Source: a virus (Duplodnaviria; Caudoviricetes). From it: DNA of 25,179 nucleotides. Positions within the stretch are counted from its first letter, which is position 1. Each line of letters begins with the position of its first letter. Under the pieces are notes generated by a model. It did no database searches. It was not told where the DNA came from and worked only from the letters and a program-made list of their open reading frames with translations. This document shows positions 1-6,533 of this stretch, piece by piece. Both the position numbers and the translations under genes were made by a program. Location of the stretch: IMG/VR virus record IMGVR_UViG_3300031774_000140, positions 1 to 25,179 of that record; one strand, written 5' to 3'.

Positions 1-357
1 TCTGCTTTTGATGTGGCATCAAGGATAATTACAGATAAGATTGATAACATGCCTAAAGAAAATCTTACCTTAGAGGCACAAAATTTTTTAAGACCCCATG
101 AGCAAGTTGATACAATCGAAGGACTCATTGAAACACTCAAAACCTTCAAAGAAAAAATCCAATACCGATTACGATACGGTAAATCCAAATCATTACAAGA
201 AAGGAGGGCAGCAGGTATGGCATATGATGCTAAAAATCTGGGGAAGGGAAGCTTACATGGCTTTCTGCGAGATGAACAGCTTCAAGTACAGGATGAGAGC
301 GGGCTCGAAACCAACGTCAAGCATAGAAGAGGACCTAAAGAAAGCGCAGTGGTATGA
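1..357 (+). CDS. Hypothetical protein, 5'-truncated by the window edge
   Basis: Frame 1 is open from base 1 to TGA at 355-357, while frames 2 and 3 stop within 30 nt. The first ~65 codons look protein-like (PHEQVDTIEGLIETLKTFKEKIQYRL). The 3' part overlaps the DUF3310 gene by 260 nt. Confidence 0.5.
   Translation, partial: SAFDVASRIITDKIDNMPKENLTLEAQNFLRPHEQVDTIEGLIETLKTFKEKIQYRLRYGKSKSLQERRAAGMAYDAKNLGKGSLHGFLRDEQLQVQDESGLETNVKHRRGPKESAVV
64..91 (+). promoter_or_regulatory. Putative promoter (-7-like TACCTTAG) plus AT-rich leader before ATG 98
   Basis: CTTACCTTAG...CACAAAATTTTTTAA closely parallels 3412-3440; resembles the Bacteroidota TAnnTTTG element. Confidence 0.45.
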
Positions 358-472
358 AAACCAAATAGAGCAACTGCGTAATGAAAAACAAGAGAGTAAC
401 GATATATCCGACAATCTATCGCACACAGGACGCAGTGATTACGTCCCTAAATACAGTGCTAACGAGGATTAA
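98..472 (+). CDS. DUF3310 family protein (T7 gp1.7 nucleotide kinase-related / SaV-like)
   Basis: Family-typical motifs VNPNHY, NSFKYRMRAGSK and EDLKKAQWY; replication-module context. Confidence 0.85.
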   Translation: MSKLIQSKDSLKHSKPSKKKSNTDYDTVNPNHYKKGGQQVWHMMLKIWGREAYMAFCEMNSFKYRMRAGSKPTSSIEEDLKKAQWYENQIEQLRNEKQESNDISDNLSHTGRSDYVPKYSANED

Positions 473-2177
473 AGATGGGAAGAGCCGACCAAAGGTTGAG
501 TTAATAAGGAACGGAGACAAAAGTCACAAGCAAGAGCTGCCTGCGGTTTGTTTTAGTGGTGTGTTTGAGGATGGTAAGCGCAGTGATGATACACTAAAGT
601 ATCATAGTGGCCTTATTATTCTTGACTTTGACCACGTTGACGCGAACAGAGCTAAATCAGCGTTAGCCGGAGACAAATACATTATGTCTTGTTGGTCCTC
701 ACCAAGCGGTGACGGAGTCAAGGCTCTTGTAGAGATTACAAATACCGAGAGGCATAGGGACCACTATCGTTCTTTAATTACATACTTCGATAAGCAGTAT
801 GGTTTAGAGCTAGATAGCACAGGAGAGAATGAAAGCAGATTGTGCTTTGAATCGTATGACCCAGACATCGTAATCAAGAATGAGTACGAGAGATATGGAG
901 GCATGCTGTCAGAGCGTTCTCAACATCAAGAAGTAAAAGGAACGGGAGGCAAGACCGATTTTAATAAGGTCAATATAGCTGCCGCCATGATTGCTAAAGC
1001 TCCGGACGGAGAGAAGCATAGTGTTCTTGTGAAGGCTGCCAGTCTTATGGGTGGTTACATAGCTAGTGGTATTGTCGAAGAGGATGTAGCGAGATGGGTG
1101 CTTGAGAGAGAGATATCAAAGAGAGATATAGACAACATCGAAGCTGCTATCAATACTATTAATGATGGTATTGCAAACGGTAAGAACCTTCCAATTGGGG
1201 AGGTGATAAGCAACGAAGAGAAGGTTCGTAGAGAGATGAAGCTCAACGATGGCGATATGTCATTCGTAAGTAGTGATGATGTTGACTATGACTGGATTGA
1301 AAACTATGTAGATGGCAACATCCCTCTTGGATTATCTACAGGGAACAGTCGGGTTGATGAGCATTTTGTTTTCAAGAAAGAGTTTGTTATGATTAACGGG
1401 CATAGCAACATAGGTAAAACAACATTTGCTCTTTGGATGATGGTCGCCAGTGCCATGAACCATGATTGGAGGTGGGTTATCTACAGCTCTGAAAATAGAA
1501 CGGCAGCAGTCAAGATGAAACTTGTTCAGTTTGCTCTTAACAAAAAGATAAGCAGCACTACATATCAGGAGAGGGCGCATGCACGAGAGTGGGTTGAGAA
1601 TCATTTTATTGTGATTGACAACAGTAAAACTTACAGCTACTCAGATATCATCATATTCTGTGAGAAGGTTCACAGGCAGCAACCTATCGACGGTCTCTTC
1701 GTTGACCCTTACAATAGCCTCAAGATAGAGATGAGTGCGGGTAGAGGTGTAGGTCCTCATGAATATCACTACGAGGCAGCATCAGAATTCCTGACCTTTA
1801 GTAACAATATGGATGTAGCTGTATGGGTCAACGCTCATAGCATTACAGAGAGTCAAAGAAGAAAGGGAGACGATGGATTACAGGTAGCTCCTTATGCTGA
1901 AGACACAGAGCACGGTGGTAAATGGGTTAATCGTAGCGATTGTTTCATCACGCTCCACAGAAAGATACAGCATCCAGATGTGTTAATGCGTAGATGCGTG
2001 GAGATGCACGTTAGAAAAGTGAGAGAGGTAGATACCGGAGGAAAGCCAACTTCATATCATGAACCACTGATGTTTGAATTCAACAGTACACAGAGTGGCT
2101 TTGCATTAAGAGGTCCAGAGCCATTGTTATTCACATCGCTTGGTGAAAAAGTTGTTGGTAAACAAAGCAGCATCTAG
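381..2177 (+). CDS. Fused primase-helicase: BT4734-like/VirE N-terminal AEP domain, PriCT-like helical linker, SF4 (DnaB/T7 gp4-like) helicase
   Basis: N-terminal ELPAVCFSG, HSGLIILDFDH, SPSGDGVKA, SRLCFESYDPD. Central GEKHSVLVKAASLMGG. C-terminal Walker A GHSNIGKT, Walker B LFVDPYN, WVNAH, NRSDCFITLHR and KVR. Confidence 0.85.
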   Translation: MKNKRVTIYPTIYRTQDAVITSLNTVLTRIKDGKSRPKVELIRNGDKSHKQELPAVCFSGVFEDGKRSDDTLKYHSGLIILDFDHVDANRAKSALAGDKYIMSCWSSPSGDGVKALVEITNTERHRDHYRSLITYFDKQYGLELDSTGENESRLCFESYDPDIVIKNEYERYGGMLSERSQHQEVKGTGGKTDFNKVNIAAAMIAKAPDGEKHSVLVKAASLMGGYIASGIVEEDVARWVLEREISKRDIDNIEAAINTINDGIANGKNLPIGEVISNEEKVRREMKLNDGDMSFVSSDDVDYDWIENYVDGNIPLGLSTGNSRVDEHFVFKKEFVMINGHSNIGKTTFALWMMVASAMNHDWRWVIYSSENRTAAVKMKLVQFALNKKISSTTYQERAHAREWVENHFIVIDNSKTYSYSDIIIFCEKVHRQQPIDGLFVDPYNSLKIEMSAGRGVGPHEYHYEAASEFLTFSNNMDVAVWVNAHSITESQRRKGDDGLQVAPYAEDTEHGGKWVNRSDCFITLHRKIQHPDVLMRRCVEMHVRKVREVDTGGKPTSYHEPLMFEFNSTQSGFALRGPEPLLFTSLGEKVVGKQSSI

Positions 2178-2178
2178 C

Positions 2179-2188
2179 CTTACCTTTT
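2179..2188 (+). promoter_or_regulatory. Putative -7-like promoter element (CTTACCTTTT) 5 nt before ATG 2194
   Basis: Lies in the 16-nt intergenic gap and shares CTTACCTT with 64-71. Confidence 0.4.
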
Positions 2189-2193
2189 AGGTT

Positions 2194-2661
2194 ATGGCTA
2201 AAATTCGAAGGAACAAAACAAAGCCTAGCAAGAAAAGGAATTTAAATCGTGGTGGGGTAAAGCTAAAGTCAACGCTAGAGACTTATTGCTACGATAAATT
2301 AAGAGAGGCTAAGCTTAAGTTTAATTACGAAGGAGAGACGTTTCAATTGATGGACTCTTTCAGGTATCCCGGTATATACTATAAGTCAACAAGGGGTAAA
2401 GATGTTCTCGTTGATGCAACAAATAAAGTTGCTCTCGGAATAAAGTACACGCCTGACTTTGTTAGCCACGAACACAAGTTCATCATAGAGACAAAGGGAT
2501 TCGTCCCGTCTCAACATACCTTCCCTTTGAGGTGGAAGCTTTTCCTGAAGTACATGGTTGAAAATGACATGGATGATTACATGTTATTCATACCTAAAAA
2601 TAAAAAACAGATAGAGCACGCTGTCTCTGTCATAAAAAAACAGTTAGATGACAAAGGCTAA
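2194..2661 (+). CDS. PD-(D/E)xK endonuclease, T7 endonuclease I-like (putative Holliday junction resolvase)
   Basis: KSTLE...FNYE...YTPDF...IIETKG pattern with a basic N-terminal arm; follows the primase-helicase. Confidence 0.8.
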   Translation: MAKIRRNKTKPSKKRNLNRGGVKLKSTLETYCYDKLREAKLKFNYEGETFQLMDSFRYPGIYYKSTRGKDVLVDATNKVALGIKYTPDFVSHEHKFIIETKGFVPSQHTFPLRWKLFLKYMVENDMDDYMLFIPKNKKQIEHAVSVIKKQLDDKG

Positions 2662-2884
2662 ATTAAGTCAGTTATACAGTTACTGTACCATTGAGATACA
2701 GAGGCTTACCACGGAACTTTATGAGCAACTACACGAGCCTGAAGGAATCCCAGACGGGAACTACGAGCAGACTCTGGAGAACGTAAGAAAATATAAACGT
2801 CTAATTGTTCTTGAACTTGAGGCAATAAAGCATGCTGTTCGAGAGTTTAATAGTCATGATGATGGGAAGCAGCTTCAGAAGTGA
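2648..2884 (+). CDS. Hypothetical protein (helical, 78 aa)
   Basis: Fills the operon with short overlaps on both neighbours; amphipathic helical sequence. Confidence 0.7.
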   Translation: MTKAKLSQLYSYCTIEIQRLTTELYEQLHEPEGIPDGNYEQTLENVRKYKRLIVLELEAIKHAVREFNSHDDGKQLQK

Positions 2885-3440
2885 TAAGGAATGGGGTGAC
2901 TACATAGAACTCGTATGGGCTAATTGGTTGCATTCGCACACGGGAGGTGATACATTCGAACACTCTAACGGTAGGGTGCCGGGTTGGGACTTAAGAAACG
3001 AAAGGACTCAAAGAAAGCACGAGGTTAAGTGGGACGCTGCTGGAAGGTCACCTTGGAAAATGCATGGACGTGAGCGTCAACCAACAGGGAACATCTTCAT
3101 AGAATACAAGAACCCTACCACCAATATTGATACAGGGATTATGGCATCTGAATCAAACATATGGGCACACATTGTTAAGGTGTCTGACAGCTTTGTAGAG
3201 GATTCTTCTTTAGATTATAGTGCTTGGGCATATGTCTTTTCATTGCCTAAGCTTAGGGATTTTTGCAAAGAAGTTGGACTTCGTTCTCGCGAAACATCGA
3301 GAGATGTAGGGAAGAAGGGTAAGTCTAATTCTAAAGGATGGTTACTTCCAATTGATATGATTCTGTCAAACAAGAAGGAGTGTGGTTTGATATTGAGAGC
3401 TGAGATTACTCCTTATCTTTACTCCTCACAAAAATTTTAA
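2832..3440 (+). CDS. Putative PD-(D/E)xK-fold nuclease-like phage protein (true start may be ATG 2856/2859/2862)
   Basis: E...WDL...HEVKWD...TGNIFIEY...TGIMASES...SKGWLLPI pattern of a common phage restriction-endonuclease-like family. Confidence 0.65.
   Translation: MLFESLIVMMMGSSFRSDKEWGDYIELVWANWLHSHTGGDTFEHSNGRVPGWDLRNERTQRKHEVKWDAAGRSPWKMHGRERQPTGNIFIEYKNPTTNIDTGIMASESNIWAHIVKVSDSFVEDSSLDYSAWAYVFSLPKLRDFCKEVGLRSRETSRDVGKKGKSNSKGWLLPIDMILSNKKECGLILRAEITPYLYSSQKF
3412..3440 (+). promoter_or_regulatory. Putative promoter (TATCTTTA) plus AT-rich leader before ATG 3442
   Basis: CTTATCTTTA...CACAAAAATTTTAA parallels 64-91; 7/8 match to TAnnTTTG. Confidence 0.45.
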
Positions 3441-3441
3441 T

Positions 3442-3975
3442 ATGGTTCACCTTAAAGAATTTAACTCACTGCGCGATGCGGTGAATGAAGTCATGGACGC
3501 AAGTGTAGAAGCTGCTGACCGGAAGCGAAGAAACGTTGAGGCTAGAATGGTCTTCTCTAAAATCTTGGTTGACAAGGGCCATAGTAAATCAATGGTAGGT
3601 AGGTACCTTAATAAGTCTCACTGTATAGTTGTTCACTACTGTAATCAGTTCAAGGACTTAGTTCTTTATGACAAAGGACTTAAGGTAAAGTACGAAGCTG
3701 TCGTTGAAATTTATCATGAAAACTATGACCCTGTTTACAACATGACTAGGTCTGATATGAAGGAGATGATATTCAAACAACGAAGAGAGCTAAAGGATTT
3801 TGAGAATGAGGTGTCCGAACAAGATAAGGTCATCAAAGAACTGAGTCGTGATGAGGATGTCGGATACGACAGGCTAGAGAAACTACACAACCTCATCAGG
3901 GAAAAGGTTCCTGTAGGAAAAGAAGACATCCTTTACAACAGAATAAATATTTTTCTCAATGGCCTATACAGTTAA
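3442..3975 (+). CDS. DnaA domain IV-like (Bac_DnaA_C) HTH DNA-binding protein with C-terminal coiled coil
   Basis: RKRRNVEARMVFSKIL...SKSMVGRYLNKSHCIVVH matches the DnaA C-terminal pattern R.R..v.aR....yl...S...IG..f..dH.TV.H; no AAA+ domain. Confidence 0.7.
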   Translation: MVHLKEFNSLRDAVNEVMDASVEAADRKRRNVEARMVFSKILVDKGHSKSMVGRYLNKSHCIVVHYCNQFKDLVLYDKGLKVKYEAVVEIYHENYDPVYNMTRSDMKEMIFKQRRELKDFENEVSEQDKVIKELSRDEDVGYDRLEKLHNLIREKVPVGKEDILYNRINIFLNGLYS

Positions 3976-4198
3976 TGACATTCAAAAAATACTGGAGTTT
4001 AAAAGCTGGACGCACGAAAAGAAGCTGTCTGAACTCCTTAGGATTGATGCCGCGTTGTACTGCTCACTTGGCACCGATTCAACTAAGGCTGATAGAGATT
4101 CAGTAAAGTCTAAATCAAGGACAATATACAGGGCTATTAAAACGTTTGACCAACCAACTGGAGAGATGTTTCTCCGCGCAATGGATATGAAACAATGA
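3959..4198 (+). CDS. Hypothetical phage protein (79 aa)
   Basis: Overlaps the upstream gene by 17 nt; ATGA coupling to the next gene. Confidence 0.75.
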   Translation: MAYTVNDIQKILEFKSWTHEKKLSELLRIDAALYCSLGTDSTKADRDSVKSKSRTIYRAIKTFDQPTGEMFLRAMDMKQ

Positions 4199-4476
4199 CT
4201 GAAGAATTTATGACTGGAATGCTGAAGCATAGACATGAACAAATCATGGAACAGCTGAACGAATCAGAAGCACTTCTTGCTGATGGGTTTGAACAAGCAA
4301 TCATCGGGCATACACAGGGTGCTAACATCGTAGCTGTATATGATTACGACTTGTGTGTTCACATACTAATGGAAAGAGATGAGATGAGTTGCCAAGACGC
4401 AATTGATTTCATGGAGTACAATGTTGTCGGCTCATATGTTGGTGAGAAAACTCCCCTATTCATATCTGTAATTTAA
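4195..4476 (+). CDS. Conserved small acidic phage protein of unknown function
   Basis: ADGFEQAIIG...VAVYD...AIDFMEYNVVGSYVGEKTPLF is a pattern I recognise from widespread aquatic phage hypotheticals; ATGA-coupled. Confidence 0.8.
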   Translation: MTEEFMTGMLKHRHEQIMEQLNESEALLADGFEQAIIGHTQGANIVAVYDYDLCVHILMERDEMSCQDAIDFMEYNVVGSYVGEKTPLFISVI

Positions 4477-4517
4477 GTATATTACAGCTGTTACACCGGT
4501 ATAGTGCTGGAGTTTCG

Positions 4518-5636
4518 CTACCACCTGAGCCCCTCGCCCTTTAAGGCGGGGGTTTCTTCTTCCCTGTAGAACGGGTCTAGTTCGGCACCAAAGCATATTG
4601 TACCATAGTTAGCCAGCATTAGTTGAAAGTCCATGATGGTTGTGTATCCATCCTGATTAAGGTCACCTTCCTCCCATTCAATATCTCCCCAGTTAGATAG
4701 AAACATTAAGAAGTCTGTTTGACCTACAACTAAATCTCCATTGATGTCGCCTTGACAGAACGTCGGCTGGCCTGTTAATCCGGGGCGTAGTATGGGTAGA
4801 GCGGCATGTATTCTTTCTATCTGTCCCTCAGTGAAGTTGGTTCTACATGAATCAGGATAGTAGTCCATGTGATTGTTAGTCTCATATCCGTACAACGCTG
4901 GAGGGCATATAGGGTTTTCACAGCTAAAGTTTAACTTGGTTGGAGGAGTGTCACACACAAAATCTCCTGTCTCTAGACAGTCACCTAGGTTTTGACCGCA
5001 GTTATCTATGTTACGAAAAACATGATGTAGACTAACGAAATGGCCTACCTCGTGTATTAGTGTTTTGTTTTGGTCTCTGTCATCGTAATAAAGCTGAGGC
5101 CCATAGTTGCCAAACACGTCAGACCTAACCCACACACCATCTAATTCTGTTTGAGTTGTGTATGCTGTCCAAGCAAAACCTAGTATCCCGTTACAGAACT
5201 TAGGAAATATATGTACGTTCATGTACTGCTCTCTGTCCCAAACTAAGTCTTCTACATAACCGTCCATCCATTGAAACCCGCTCGAACTATATGGTACGCA
5301 TACAGAGTTTTGTTCCAAGATTGTAGGGGCACCCCAGAATAAATCGAAGTCGTGATACATGATACTGACAAGGTTGAAAGTAAGCATGGCTTCATCAAAC
5401 TCCTCATTCAGATGCTCGTGGGCATCCATAATAATATCCTCGGGTATGTAGCTGTCAGGGAAACTGTCGGTGTAGTATATGTGATATACGTAGTTTATGG
5501 TCTCCCACTGTACAGGTTCCGGGATATACCCCATCATCCTAGGCTGTATGTTTTCGACACCAAATACAGCACAAGAATCCTGTCCTACAATCGCTTTACA
5601 CGAGAGCAGGCAGAGTATAAGGGCTAGATGTTTCAT
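4518..5636 (-). CDS. Exported M43 (ulilysin/pappalysin-like) zinc metalloprotease with C-terminal dockerin-like Ca-binding repeats
   Basis: Signal peptide MKHLALILCLLSCKAIVG; ILGFA; DGVWV; zinc motif HEVGHFVSLHH (5054-5022); DFVCDTPP; Met-turn NNHMDY; FTEGQIERI; two repeats GDINGDLVVGQTDFLMFLSNWG and GDLNQDGYTTIMDFQLMLANYG. Confidence 0.9.
   Translation of the reverse strand: MKHLALILCLLSCKAIVGQDSCAVFGVENIQPRMMGYIPEPVQWETINYVYHIYYTDSFPDSYIPEDIIMDAHEHLNEEFDEAMLTFNLVSIMYHDFDLFWGAPTILEQNSVCVPYSSSGFQWMDGYVEDLVWDREQYMNVHIFPKFCNGILGFAWTAYTTQTELDGVWVRSDVFGNYGPQLYYDDRDQNKTLIHEVGHFVSLHHVFRNIDNCGQNLGDCLETGDFVCDTPPTKLNFSCENPICPPALYGYETNNHMDYYPDSCRTNFTEGQIERIHAALPILRPGLTGQPTFCQGDINGDLVVGQTDFLMFLSNWGDIEWEEGDLNQDGYTTIMDFQLMLANYGTICFGAELDPFYREEETPALKGEGLRW
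4531..4561 (+). terminator. Intrinsic terminator of the + strand arm
   Basis: Stem CCCTCGCC (4531-4538), loop CTTTAA, stem GGCGGGGG (4545-4552), then TTTCTTCTT. The T-G pair works as a wobble only on the + transcript. Located at the convergence of the two arms. Confidence 0.75.
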
Positions 5637-6079
5637 CGTTTAGTTTTCTCGATAGTTCGGCCTGCAAAGTACGCACCAAATACCGTAAGCATTAACACCT
5701 GAAGAAGGTCTATGTAGTTCTCTCTTGGCGAGAACTCAGTGTCAACTCCATCCCAAATCGTAATCACCATAAAAAAAACCAGCATAGTGATAAGCACGCT
5801 AGGTCTAATGAGCTTAGCTAGCTTTATATCGCTTGACATGTCTGATTCCCATCGCTTCGTGACGTTGTCCTGAGCATTCATTTCTTGTCGCGCAGCAATC
5901 TCACTGAACTCCATTCGCTGTTCGGGCGTTAAGTCTGGCTCACTATCTACCAGTCTCTTTACAACACCCAGTACACCTTTGTCCGGAAGAGAGTTCCCTA
6001 CCACATCCAGTACATGAGGTACACTTCTTGCCAGCCATTTCCCCACAGCTGTATCCTTTAGTTTCTTCTTGTCTTCCAT
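5633..6079 (-). CDS. Holin, 3TM (gene-transfer-agent release type) family
   Basis: VTKRWESDMSSD..LAKLIRP, hydrophobic helices, and the C-terminal AYFAGRTIEK signature; adjacent to the putative endolysin. Confidence 0.8.
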   Translation of the reverse strand: MEDKKKLKDTAVGKWLARSVPHVLDVVGNSLPDKGVLGVVKRLVDSEPDLTPEQRMEFSEIAARQEMNAQDNVTKRWESDMSSDIKLAKLIRPSVLITMLVFFMVITIWDGVDTEFSPRENYIDLLQVLMLTVFGAYFAGRTIEKTKR

Positions 6080-6533
6080 CTAAATCTATATATGTGATAC
6101 TACAGCCTCCGACTTCAATTGCATCTGCAATAGCCGGATATATGGATTTATAGGCTGTGGTTGACGAACCTACATATCCTGTAGAGTTTTTGTTTTCTGT
6201 TTGTGTAGCCCCAACAAGAAGACATCCGCTGGTGTCATCATTATCATTACCACAATGTATCAGTATGTGAGTGAAGTTAGGCACATCCATAACCTCAATC
6301 ATACCTTTATGAATTTCAGAAAATCTTTTTGAATACTTGTCGTGAAACCCACCCCATGTTTTTAATCGCAAGTCGTATGTACCCGCAGGGATTCTAGTCT
6401 CATGTATGACCTTGGCTTCTCTGTACTCATCCTCCAGAGTGTAGCACATAAACTTGCGTCCTTCCGTTACATCAAACAGCAACCCAAGGGTATCATCCTT
6501 TTGACTGCTAAATCTCATTACCTCTAGTCTCAT
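5943..6533 (-). CDS. DUF5675 family protein (L,D-transpeptidase-like fold; putative endolysin)
   Basis: TLG.L...CYTLED...ETRIPAGTY...VPNFTHILIHCGN...DTSGCLLVG; His/Cys pair typical of the family; next to the holin. Confidence 0.85.
   Translation of the reverse strand: MRLEVMRFSSQKDDTLGLLFDVTEGRKFMCYTLEDEYREAKVIHETRIPAGTYDLRLKTWGGFHDKYSKRFSEIHKGMIEVMDVPNFTHILIHCGNDNDDTSGCLLVGATQTENKNSTGYVGSSTTAYKSIYPAIADAIEVGGCSITYIDLDGRQEETKGYSCGEMAGKKCTSCTGCGRELSSGQRCTGCCKETGR

Noticed and set aside
84-90. T_TTT_TTA slippery heptamer in the frame-1 ORF
   Set aside because: The -1 frame stops at TGA 99-101 and does not join DUF3310; better explained as the AT-rich leader motif.
4527-4556. Hairpin CCCTCGCCCTTTAAGGCGGGGG resembling an IS200/IS605 subterminal palindrome
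   Set aside because: No tnpA/tnpB or second end nearby; the U-tract and position fit an intrinsic terminator better.
1055-5627. Opposite-strand ORFs 1055-1246, 1332-1604, 3735-3929, 3982-4242, 4137-4328 and 5352-5627
   Set aside because: Antisense to genes with clear motifs or operon coupling.
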